64,000 nucleotides of DNA, from contig CAWJEK010000016.1 in assembly GCA_963841885.1 (NCBI GenBank), forward strand, positions 30,586 to 94,585. Direction: 5' to 3'. Positions 20,755 to 29,971 of this stretch are shown piece by piece. Position numbers and translations under genes: made by a program. Source of the stretch: an uncultured Acidimicrobiaceae bacterium (lineage in GTDB: Bacteria; Actinomycetota; Acidimicrobiia; Acidimicrobiales; RAAP-2). The notes under the pieces are model-generated. The model was given only the letters and a program-made list of their open reading frames with translations. It searched no databases and was not told where the DNA came from. How positions within the stretch are numbered: position 1 is the stretch's first letter; the number at the start of each line of letters is the position of its first letter.

Positions 20755-21420
20755 GTGAGGCGGCCCGACGGCACCCTGCGCACCGACCGGCCGACCGTCA
20801 CCGACGTCACCGGCCGGGGGGCCGTCGACGGCGCCTGGGGCTTCCACGCCATCGACGGGCTGCCCGATGTCGAGGAATCGTCCGGACCCAGCCTCCGGGC
20901 GCGGCGCTTCATGCTCCCCCGGAGCCCCGACGACGACGGTCCCGCCGGACTGAACTCCAGGATCACCTACGAACTGGCCCGGTTCCGGGCCCAGCTGGAG
21001 GACCGCAGGGCCGGGTCCAGGCGCACGCTGACCGTCTACGAGCTGGCCGTGGCCGACGCCCTCACCGCCCGGCGCGATGCCGGCGTCCGGCTGGCCACCG
21101 TGCTGGCCGACGACCTCGCCGCCTACGACGGGGCCATGACCGGCGTGCTCATGGGGCGGGCGGTCGACTATCTCGATCCCGAGGTGGGGGGCGCCGCCCG
21201 CCGGACGGTCAGCGACGCGATGGCGGCGTTCGAGGCGGCCCGTCACCGCCTCCGGCTGGCCCTGGTGGCGGTGGCGGTGTCCAACGGGTACTCCACCGCG
21301 CAGATCGGTGAGGCGTTCGCCTTCTCGCGCCAGCTGGCCAGCCGGTACGTCATCGAGGCCCGGGAGGAGTGGCCCGAGCTGCGACCGTCCACGTCCTCCC
21401 GCCGGCGTCCGACCCACTGA
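20755..21420 (+). CDS. hypothetical protein with a C-terminal helix-turn-helix
   Basis: The coding-like part runs from ~20950. The C-terminal string GYSTAQIGEAFAFSRQLASRYV looks like an HTH. The start is unresolved (GTG 20755 or ATG 20911). Confidence 0.5.
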   Translation: MRRPDGTLRTDRPTVTDVTGRGAVDGAWGFHAIDGLPDVEESSGPSLRARRFMLPRSPDDDGPAGLNSRITYELARFRAQLEDRRAGSRRTLTVYELAVADALTARRDAGVRLATVLADDLAAYDGAMTGVLMGRAVDYLDPEVGGAARRTVSDAMAAFEAARHRLRLALVAVAVSNGYSTAQIGEAFAFSRQLASRYVIEAREEWPELRPSTSSRRRPTH

Positions 21421-21498
21421 ACCGCGCTCCCGGTCGGCGGCGACGTCCCGGACCCCTCATCCGGGTGGCCCTGGCCCGTCGGGCGGCCACCGGGCAGG

Positions 21499-22188
21499 AT
21501 GAGGGCGATGCCTGAGCGAGTCGCCTTCCTCCAGCACAGCGCCACCGACGTCCCCGGCGTGCTGGGTGACCATCTGGACGGCCTCGGCATGGCCGTGTCC
21601 ACCCACCGGGCCGACCACGGAGCGGGCGCCCTCCCCGTCCCCGGATCCTTCGACCTGCTGGTGGTGATGGGATCGATCGAGTCGGTGACCGACGGGTCGG
21701 TGCCCTGGATCCGTCCGGAGCGCGATCTCGTGGCCGGCGCCGTCGACCACGGCGTCCCGGTGCTCGGCGTCTGCTTCGGCGGCCAGCTGCTCGCCCAGGT
21801 CCTGGGCGGGACGGTGTCCCGGGCCGTCCGACCCGAGGTGGGCTGGAGGCGGCTCGACACCGTCGACCCGGCCCGGGTCCCCGCCGGGCCGTGGCTCGAC
21901 TGGCACGAGGACGCCTTCACCTGCCCGCCGGGGGCGGACCCGGTGGCCCGCACCGACGTGTCGCTCCACGCCTTCGTCCAGGGGCCCCATACCGGCCTCC
22001 AGTTCCATCCCGAGGTCACCCGGGCGGTGGTGGAGGCCTGGATCGGCGACGCCCGGGAGCGGGCCCACCTGCCCGATGCCGACGTCGAGGCCCTGCTGTC
22101 AGGGTTCGACCCGGCCGGTCGGGGCCCGGACGGGCTCACCGCCGCCCTGGTCGACACCTTCCTGACCAGGGTGGACGCCTCGGTGTGA
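21499..22188 (+). CDS. class I glutamine amidotransferase-like protein
   Basis: GATase1 core with nucleophile elbow VLGVCFGGQLL. Intact 229-aa ORF. Confidence 0.7.
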   Translation: MRAMPERVAFLQHSATDVPGVLGDHLDGLGMAVSTHRADHGAGALPVPGSFDLLVVMGSIESVTDGSVPWIRPERDLVAGAVDHGVPVLGVCFGGQLLAQVLGGTVSRAVRPEVGWRRLDTVDPARVPAGPWLDWHEDAFTCPPGADPVARTDVSLHAFVQGPHTGLQFHPEVTRAVVEAWIGDARERAHLPDADVEALLSGFDPAGRGPDGLTAALVDTFLTRVDASV

Positions 22189-23895
<1,707 letters not shown>

Positions 23896-23919
23896 GTCGC
23901 ATCCACCACACGCGGTACC

Positions 23920-23952
23920 GAACGGAGGGCGCCCAGAGGGCGCCCTCCGTTC
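23920..23952 (+). terminator. intrinsic terminator after groEL
   Basis: Perfect 15-bp stem GAACGGAGGGCGCCC / GGGCGCCCTCCGTTC with a 3-nt loop, followed by a T-containing tail (TCGTGT). Confidence 0.7.
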
Positions 23953-23971
23953 GTGTCCCTAGACTGGGGCC

Positions 23972-24689
23972 GTGACCGAACGCCTCGCTCCCACCGTCGG
24001 CTGGGGTGTACTCCACCTCTTCTGCAGGATCGCCGACGCCCCGTCCTCCTCCCCCGGCCCCCGGTGCGACACCGAGGCCGTCGTGCGGGCCGTCAAGGAC
24101 GCGCAGGCCGACGACCTCCAGGTGGTGACCGTGGCCATGCTGGGCCACAAGGCCGACCTGTGCGTCATGGCCCTCGGGCCCGACCTCTGGCGGCTCCGCC
24201 GTCTCCAGTCAGACCTGCAGACCGCCGGTCTCGTGGTGGTCGACTCCTACGTCTCCCTGACCGAGGTGTCCGAGTACGCGGCGGGCGTCCCCGAGGAGAT
24301 GAAGCAGATGCGGCTCTACCCCCAGCTCCCTCCCGAGGGGAAGGCCGCCTTCTGCTTCTACCCGATGTCCAAGCGGCGGGGTGACATCGAGGGCTCCAAC
24401 TGGTTCACGCTCCCCTTCGACGAGCGCAAGGAGCTGATGTTCGGGCACCGGCGCGGCGGGGCGGAAGTTCGCCGGGCGCATCGTCCAGGTCATCACCGGC
24501 TCCACCGGCATCGACGACTGGGAGTGGGGCGTCACCCTCTTCGGGGTGCACCCCGACGACCTGAAGGAGTGCGTGTACACCATGCGGTTCGACGAGGGCT
24601 CGGCCCGGTTCGCCGAATTCGGCCCGTTCCTGACCGGCATCGTGGCGCCGGTCGAGGAGGTCCTCGCCCAGATCGTCCCCGAGGCGTGA
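23972..24689 (+). pseudogene. hemQ: coproheme decarboxylase / chlorite-dismutase-family HemQ, one frame break
   Basis: The N-terminal 160 aa (WGVLHLF...FYPMSKRRGD..NWFTLPFDERKELM) are in one frame. The conserved C-terminus (GRKFAGRIVQVITGSTGIDDWEWGVTLF...MRFDEGSARFAEFGPF) is in the +1 frame. The junction is at ~24458. Confidence 0.75.
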
Positions 24690-25567
24690 CCACCCAGGCG
24701 ACCACCGCCCGCCGTACCGAGTCGGACGTCGAACCGGGTTCCCACCTCGACGACCTGCGCCACGTCCTGGCCGGCCTCGGCCGGGTGGTCGTGGCCTTCA
24801 GCGGCGGAGCCGACTCCGCCTTCCTCGCCCGGGTCGCCACCGACACCCTCGGGGCCGACCGGGTGCTGTGCGTGACCGCCGTCTCCCCCTCCCTCGCCCC
24901 CGAGGAGCTGGCCGACTGCCGCTCGCTGGCCGGAGAGTGGGGCCTCCGACACCTCGAGGTGGCCACCGACGAACTGGCCGACCCGGCCTACTCGGCCAAC
25001 GACGGGAGCCGCTGCGCCCACTGCAAGTCGGCCCTGATGACCGCGCTCGGGCCGGTGTCCGGGGCGGCCGGTGCCGGGGCCACGGTGGTCCTCGGTGTCA
25101 ACCTCGACGACCTGTCCGACCACCGGCCCGGCCAGGAGGCCGCCGCCGCCCGGGGGGCGGTCTTCCCCCTGGTGAGCGCCGGGTTCACCAAGGCCGACGT
25201 GCGGGACTGGTCCCGCCGGCTGGGCCTGCGCACCTGGGACAAGCCGGCGGCCGCCTGCCTGGCCTCCCGCGTGCCGTACGGTACGCGGGTGACGTTCACC
25301 ACCCTCGACGCCGTGTCCCGGGCCGAGTCGGGCCTGCGGGCGCTCGGCTTCCGCCAGCTCCGAGTCCGTCACTACGGCGACACCGCCCGCATCGAGGTAC
25401 CCGAAGGCGACCTGGCCGGGGTCGTCGCCCGGCGCGGGGCCGTCAGCGCCGCCGTCCACGCCGCCGGCTACCGCTACGTGACGCTGGACCTCGACGGATT
25501 CCGGTCGGGCAACCTGAACGACTCGCTGGCCCCGGACGGGTCCGAGGCATCGGAGGAGGCACCATGA
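24686..25567 (+). CDS. larE: LarE-type ATP-dependent sulfur transferase (PP-loop ATPase, TIGR00268-like)
   Basis: PP-loop VAFSGGADSAF. Family-typical C-terminal part AACLASRVPYG...LRVRHYGDTARIEV. The GTG start overlaps the hemQ stop (GTGA). Confidence 0.8.
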   Translation: MTTQATTARRTESDVEPGSHLDDLRHVLAGLGRVVVAFSGGADSAFLARVATDTLGADRVLCVTAVSPSLAPEELADCRSLAGEWGLRHLEVATDELADPAYSANDGSRCAHCKSALMTALGPVSGAAGAGATVVLGVNLDDLSDHRPGQEAAAARGAVFPLVSAGFTKADVRDWSRRLGLRTWDKPAAACLASRVPYGTRVTFTTLDAVSRAESGLRALGFRQLRVRHYGDTARIEVPEGDLAGVVARRGAVSAAVHAAGYRYVTLDLDGFRSGNLNDSLAPDGSEASEEAP

Positions 25568-25803
25568 TCGGAGTCCGCGTGCGGTTGACCTTCCCCGAGG
25601 AGCTGGTGCGCGAGCCGGTCATCGCCCGCATGACGGCGCAGTTCGCGGTCGTCCCCAACATCCGCAGGGCCGACGTCGGGGAACAGGGCGGATGGATCGT
25701 CTGCGAGCTCGACGGTGACGCCGGGGTGGTCGACGGCGCCCTCGACTGGCTACGGTCCGAGGGCGTCCGGGTCGACCTGCTCGGCGACGTCGTCGAGAGC
25801 TGA
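25564..25803 (+). CDS. stand-alone NIL-domain protein (79 aa)
   Basis: VRVRLTFPEELVREPVIARMTAQFAVVPNIRRADV...GWIVCELDGD matches the NIL domain pattern seen at the C-terminus of MetN-type ATPases. ATGA overlap with larE. Confidence 0.6.
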   Translation: MIGVRVRLTFPEELVREPVIARMTAQFAVVPNIRRADVGEQGGWIVCELDGDAGVVDGALDWLRSEGVRVDLLGDVVES

Positions 25804-25804
25804 C

Positions 25805-26653
25805 GTGGGCGGTGGGCCAGAGGCGGCGGACGGCGTCTCCCACGGGGAGGCCCAGGAGGCCAACCGGGCCTGGTGGGACGCGGCGGTGCCGGTCCACCTG
25901 GCGTCCGACTTCTACGACGTGGAGAACTGGCTCGCCGGGGACCGGGGACCGAAACCCCGCGAGGCGGCCGTCCTCGGCGACGTCACCGGGCTCGACCTCG
26001 TGCACCTGCAGTGCCACTTCGGTAAGGACACCCTGGGCTGGGCCCGGGCCGGGGCGACGGTCACCGGTCTCGACTTCTCCGCCGCCGCCATCGACGCCGC
26101 CCGGGACCTGGCCGACCGGGCCGGACTGGCCGACCGGGCCGACTTCGTATGCGCCCCGGTGGCGGAGGCGACCTCGGCGCTGGGTGGGCGGAGCTTCGAC
26201 GTCGTCTACGTGAGCCTCGGCGCCCTCTGCTGGCTGCCCCGCATCGGGGAGTGGGCGGACCAGGTGGCGGCCCTGCTGCGGCCGGGCGGCCGGCTGTTCC
26301 TCCATGAGGTGCACCCGGTGAGCATGGCCCTGGGCGACGAGGACCTCACGGTCGTGTACCCCTACTTCGAGCAGCCCGAGCCGTACGTCGACTCGCAGCC
26401 CGGCACCTACGCCGACCTGTCGGCCACCCGGGCGCTCCCCGGCGACGCCACCTACGGCTGGAACCACGGTCTCGGCGAGATCGTGGGCGGTCTGGTGGCC
26501 CGGGGCCTTCGGCTGGACCTCCTGGACGAGCACGACTGGACGAGCTTCGCCCGCTTCCCCTGGCTGGTCGAGACGGCCGAGGAGACCTTCGTCGTGCCGG
26601 AGGGGCACCTGCGTGTACCCCTGTCGTTCACCCTGGTGGCCACCAAGGTCTGA
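25805..26653 (+). CDS. class I SAM-dependent methyltransferase
   Basis: The GTG start is 1 nt after the NIL gene stop. SAM motif region LDLVHLQCHFGKDTL...VTGLDFS. 282 aa. Confidence 0.7.
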   Translation: MGGGPEAADGVSHGEAQEANRAWWDAAVPVHLASDFYDVENWLAGDRGPKPREAAVLGDVTGLDLVHLQCHFGKDTLGWARAGATVTGLDFSAAAIDAARDLADRAGLADRADFVCAPVAEATSALGGRSFDVVYVSLGALCWLPRIGEWADQVAALLRPGGRLFLHEVHPVSMALGDEDLTVVYPYFEQPEPYVDSQPGTYADLSATRALPGDATYGWNHGLGEIVGGLVARGLRLDLLDEHDWTSFARFPWLVETAEETFVVPEGHLRVPLSFTLVATKV

Positions 26654-26694
26654 CGGACCGACCCGGCGTAAGCGCTCAGGAGGTGACGGTCGGG

Positions 26695-26886
26695 TCAGTG
26701 CGCCGGATCGTCGGGGTTCCGGACGGTCCAGCCGGCACCGGACACCTTCCGGGGCTCGAAGAAGAGGCAGCCGTCCGGGCACGCGAACGGGATCTGCTCG
26801 TTGGCGCCCATCCGGCACTTCTCGACCTTCTCCTCGTGGGCGGTCGTCTGCATGATGTAATGCCGGCAATCGGCGTGAACGGTCAC
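26695..26886 (-). CDS. small four-cysteine protein (63 aa), unknown function
   Basis: MTVHADCRHY...EKCRMGANEQIPFACPDGCLFFEPR. A GTG start is proposed so that all four Cys are included. Divergent from the NUDIX gene. Confidence 0.4.
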   Translation of the reverse strand: MTVHADCRHYIMQTTAHEEKVEKCRMGANEQIPFACPDGCLFFEPRKVSGAGWTVRNPDDPAH

Positions 26887-26943
26887 GACACATTCTGCCC
26901 GAAGCGGGACGGTCCGCGGGGGCGGTGGGGTAGCGTCGGTCCC

Positions 26944-27669
26944 GTGGATCCCACATCCTCCTCCGACACGCCGGGTGAGTCCGCCCCCACCGTCAAGCAG
27001 CTGCTGCGGTGGAGCGAGGCCCTGGCCGGGATCGCCCGCACCGGACTGGGCTTCACCGAGTCCCTCTACGAGCAGGAGCGATTCGAGGAGATCCTGCACG
27101 TGGCGGCCGACATCCGCGCCGCCATCGAGGGGAACGAAGGGGCCGTGGACGTGGACGGCGTCGTCCACGACTGGCTCGACTCCGTCGGTAAGGGGGTGCC
27201 CGGCTACGTGACCCCGAAGGTGGCCGTGGGCGCCGCCGTCGGCAACGACCAGGGGGAGATCCTGCTCGTCCAACGGGCCGACTCCGGCATCTGGCTGTAC
27301 CCGACCGGCTGGGCGGACGTCGGGTACTCGGCGCCGGAGGTCGTGGTGAAGGAGGTGAAGGAGGAGACCGGCATCGACGTCGAGGTCGTCAGGCTCATCG
27401 CCGTGCTCGACGGGCTGCGGGTGGGGATGAGCCGGATCCCGCTGTACTCCCTGGTCTTCCAGTGCCGACCGATCGGCGGTGAGCTGAGGGCCCACCCCCT
27501 CGAGTGCGCCGACGTCGGGTGGTTCCCCGTCGACCGGCTGCCCTTCCCCCTCGCCGGCGCCGAACGCTGGGGCGAGCACGTCTTCGCCGCGCTCCGGGGG
27601 GAGCCGACCGAGGTCCTCTACGACTCGGTGCGCTCCCCGGTCTGGCGAGGCGACCCCGACAAGGTCTGA
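26944..27669 (+). CDS. NUDIX hydrolase with an N-terminal helical extension
   Basis: Nudix box GWADVGYSAPEVVVKEVKEETGIDV. GTG start at 26944. Confidence 0.75.
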   Translation: MDPTSSSDTPGESAPTVKQLLRWSEALAGIARTGLGFTESLYEQERFEEILHVAADIRAAIEGNEGAVDVDGVVHDWLDSVGKGVPGYVTPKVAVGAAVGNDQGEILLVQRADSGIWLYPTGWADVGYSAPEVVVKEVKEETGIDVEVVRLIAVLDGLRVGMSRIPLYSLVFQCRPIGGELRAHPLECADVGWFPVDRLPFPLAGAERWGEHVFAALRGEPTEVLYDSVRSPVWRGDPDKV

Positions 27670-27715
27670 CGGCTCCCACCTGGGGTTATGCGTCCGCCGG
27701 GCGGAGCCCGACCCC

Positions 27716-28189
27716 GTGGCTACACTCGCCCCGGTGAGCGCCCCCACCGAGTCCGTGACCGTCTCCGAGGTGACCGAGGTGACGGACGAACTGGTCGAGG
27801 CGTTCGTCCTGCTCGTGCCCCAGCTGTCCTCCTCCTCGCCGCCGACGAGCCGGGAGGACCTGACCTCCATCGTGGACTCCGAGGCGGACACCCTCTTCGT
27901 GGCCCACGACCGGGACGGTCGCATCGTCGGCTCGCTCACCCTGGCCGTGTTCCGTATCCCCACCGGGGTGCGGGCCTGGATCGAGGATGTCGTGGTGGAC
28001 GGGGCGGCACGCGGCCAGGGGGTCGGCGACGCCCTGGTGGACGCGGCCGTCGCCAAGGCCGCCGGGGCCGGGGCCAGGACGGTGGACCTGACGTCCCGGC
28101 CGACCCGGGAGTCGGCCAACCGCCTCTATGTGCGCAAGGGGTTCGAACTGCGCACCACCAACGTCTACAGATTCGTGGTCGGTCCGTAG
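27716..28189 (+). CDS. GNAT-family N-acetyltransferase
   Basis: Acetyl-CoA motif VVVDGAARGQGVGDALV and a C-terminal LYVRKGF block. Confidence 0.75.
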   Translation: MATLAPVSAPTESVTVSEVTEVTDELVEAFVLLVPQLSSSSPPTSREDLTSIVDSEADTLFVAHDRDGRIVGSLTLAVFRIPTGVRAWIEDVVVDGAARGQGVGDALVDAAVAKAAGAGARTVDLTSRPTRESANRLYVRKGFELRTTNVYRFVVGP

Positions 28190-28377
28190 GGATCGCCACG
28201 AATCTGCCGGTGGTGGCCCGCGGTGCAGTAGCCCGGTGTGCGACCGGACGGGCATCAATCATCAACAAGGAGAACCAGGCACTCCGAGACGTGTGGGCAA
28301 CCACCGGGTTGGGCACCCGGTGAGCTGGGCCCCTCGGACGATGGGGACCAAACCATCAGCGACCCAGCACCGGGTGA

Positions 28378-28410
28378 GGCACCCTGGCCGGGAGTCGAAC
28401 CCGATGCCAT
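28378..28410 (-). other. tRNA 3'-end-like fragment (T-arm plus acceptor 3' strand only)
   Basis: The minus strand reads TCGGGTTCGACTCCCGGCCAGGGTG. This is a T-stem, a TTCGACT loop, a T-stem, a 7-nt acceptor strand and a discriminator. No D-arm, anticodon arm or 5' acceptor strand lies upstream. Confidence 0.4.
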
Positions 28411-28516
28411 CGTGTAGTCAGTAGGAGGCAGTTGAGCAGAGGGGCCACGAACCGAGCCGGCATCGGCGAGTACTACTGGGGCACAGCCCCATGATCCACT
28501 GTCCCGGCACCGGAGG

Positions 28517-28792
28517 TCAGTGCCGGGCGATCACCGCGCCGTACCGCTGACGGGCCGCCTCCCCAGATGTGCCGAGCATGGCCCCGATCGCCGACCAGCT
28601 CTGCCCATCGGCACGGGCCGCTCCCACCGCGTCGAGGAGATCCGACTCGGCCCGGGCCCGCCCGAAGAACGCCTCACGGACCTGTCGAAGGGTTTCCGTC
28701 TGCTTCAGGTTCGACGGATCGGGGACGTTGTCCTCGAAGCGCCGCGCCAGCGCATCGGCCTGGTCGATGATCTCCTTCGTGCTCCTCGGCAT
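28517..28792 (-). CDS. small HTH protein, antitoxin-like partner of a two-gene cassette
   Basis: 91 aa. The C-terminal string DGQSWSAIGAMLGTSGEAARQRYG looks like an HTH. A strong RBS (GGGGAGGA) is embedded in the end of the upstream small gene. Confidence 0.4.
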   Translation of the reverse strand: MPRSTKEIIDQADALARRFEDNVPDPSNLKQTETLRQVREAFFGRARAESDLLDAVGAARADGQSWSAIGAMLGTSGEAARQRYGAVIARH

Positions 28793-29028
28793 GGTCCTCC
28801 CCTCAGGTACTTCGCTCGGGCATGCATGGCACGGATGACGACCGGACCGTCGAGCCCTTGCACGTTCCCGACCCCGAGCAACCGTCCCGACACCTCCGGA
28901 CCGATCACCATGAGGAAACCGTCATCCAGATCCTCGATCCACATCGGGTGGTCGAAGGCGTGGAGGACGTCCGCGTGGTCGTTGCCATGTCTGCCGGCGC
29001 TCGGTGCGATCGTCGGTTCGCCATCCAC
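28705..29028 (-). CDS. small toxin-like protein (uncharacterised actinobacterial family); 3' end uncertain
   Basis: ...HADVLHAFDHPMWIEDLDDGFLMVIGPEVSGRLLGVGNV...PVVIRAMHARAKYLR resembles small proteins I recall paired with antitoxin-like genes in mycobacteria. As sequenced the ORF reads 88 nt into the partner gene, which may reflect an indel. Confidence 0.4.
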   Translation of the reverse strand: MDGEPTIAPSAGRHGNDHADVLHAFDHPMWIEDLDDGFLMVIGPEVSGRLLGVGNVQGLDGPVVIRAMHARAKYLRGGPCRGARRRSSTRPMRWRGASRTTSPIRRT

Positions 29029-29319
29029 GCTAGCAAGATAACTTGTGGCTGCGACGGTCCCCGGGGGTCGAAATCACTTCCTACGTCCGCAGGCACACCA
29101 ACGTGTACCGCTACCCGTTGGAAGCTTGAGGCACGCAGAGGGGCCTTCGGGCCCCTCTTGCGATCTCGGCGTTGCACGGATCTCTCCGGTTCTCGCTCTG
29201 GGCGATGCGGGAGCACGAGGAATTGGTGTCTCTGGATGGTCCTGGTCCGGATCGTCATCGAGTGCAGCCAGTCCGGGAAGTTCTGGGATCCCGCGGCCGA
29301 GCCGGCATCCTGCCGGGAC

Positions 29320-29400
29320 GCGAGCCATGGCCGATCAGCTCTGACCATCGGCGCGGGCCCCACGGCCACGAGCAGACCGACTCGCCCCGGGGCGACGTGG
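29320..29400 (-). pseudogene. degenerate fragment paralogous to the antitoxin-like gene
   Basis: By eye, about 70-75% nucleotide identity over ~75 nt to 28580-28660. It translates as ...GARADGQS*SAM..., against AARADGQSWSAIGAM in the intact copy (TGG changed to TGA). Confidence 0.35.
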
Positions 29401-29416
29401 GCGCTGACGGAGCCAG

Positions 29417-29971
29417 TCAGGGATAGACACCGCTCACGCAGATGATGTACGTGAGACCGTCGGGAGCCGCCGCGGTGAGATTGGGCAAGTCGAAATCGCT
29501 CGTCCCGTTCCCGCCGTAGTTCGTACCCATCAACGAGTACAGGGACGGGTTCCCGGTGATCGTGAGGGTCTGCCCCTTGGCCGGCATCCAGTTCTCGGCA
29601 ACCGCCGCGGAAGCGGTGAGGACGACGTCCCCGAGCGTGCACTGCGCACCCGTGTACATTCCCGCGTACGACGAGTTGTCGTTGGTGCCGAAGATGCCGG
29701 TCGTCCCGGACGGTCCCTGCGGGCCGGTCGGACCCGTCGGACCCACCGGTCCCTGCGGGCCGGTCGGACCTTGCGAGTTCCACGAGATCAGGGTGGAGCT
29801 GGCCTTGCAGGTCGGCGCCACGGTCCCCACGCTGGTGAGCTTGCCCTTGGCCAGGCAGCCGTAATACGTGGTGCCCGGTCCGCTGGCGGACGCCTCGGTC
29901 ACTCCTATCGTCAGGCCGGTCGCGAGCAGAGCTCCGACGGTCATCCCCAGTGCCAACGTCTTGAGTCTCAT
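29417..29971 (-). CDS. secreted phage-tail-collar-domain protein with collagen-like G-X-Y repeats
   Basis: Signal peptide MRLKTLALGMTVGALLA. Collagen-like run GPTGPQGPVGPTGPTGPQGPSGTTG. C-terminal tail-collar pattern (WMPAKGQTLTITGNPSLYSLMGTNYGGNGTSDFDLPNL). RBS GGAGG lies before the second ATG. Confidence 0.7.
   Translation of the reverse strand: MRLKTLALGMTVGALLATGLTIGVTEASASGPGTTYYGCLAKGKLTSVGTVAPTCKASSTLISWNSQGPTGPQGPVGPTGPTGPQGPSGTTGIFGTNDNSSYAGMYTGAQCTLGDVVLTASAAVAENWMPAKGQTLTITGNPSLYSLMGTNYGGNGTSDFDLPNLTAAAPDGLTYIICVSGVYP

Noticed and set aside
20440-21417. N-terminal extension of the SARP regulator ORF to 1522 aa
   Set aside because: The conserved wHTH-BTAD domain starts exactly at ATG 20439 (MEFRLLGPFDV). 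The extension is low-complexity, crosses the AT-rich spacer and tandem repeat, and is antisense to the HTH gene.
28190-28520. A complete tRNA or tmRNA gene on the minus strand
   Set aside because: Only the T-arm and acceptor 3' strand are present. The region upstream on that strand lacks the matching 5' acceptor strand, D-arm and anticodon arm, and it runs into the antitoxin-like CDS.
29137-29158. Perfect 9-bp hairpin with a TTCG loop (AGAGGGGCC-TTCG-GGCCCCTCT) as the terminator of the tail-collar gene
   Set aside because: It lies ~260 nt downstream of that gene's stop and has no U-tract on either strand, so its role is unclear. I noted it only as part of the decayed island.
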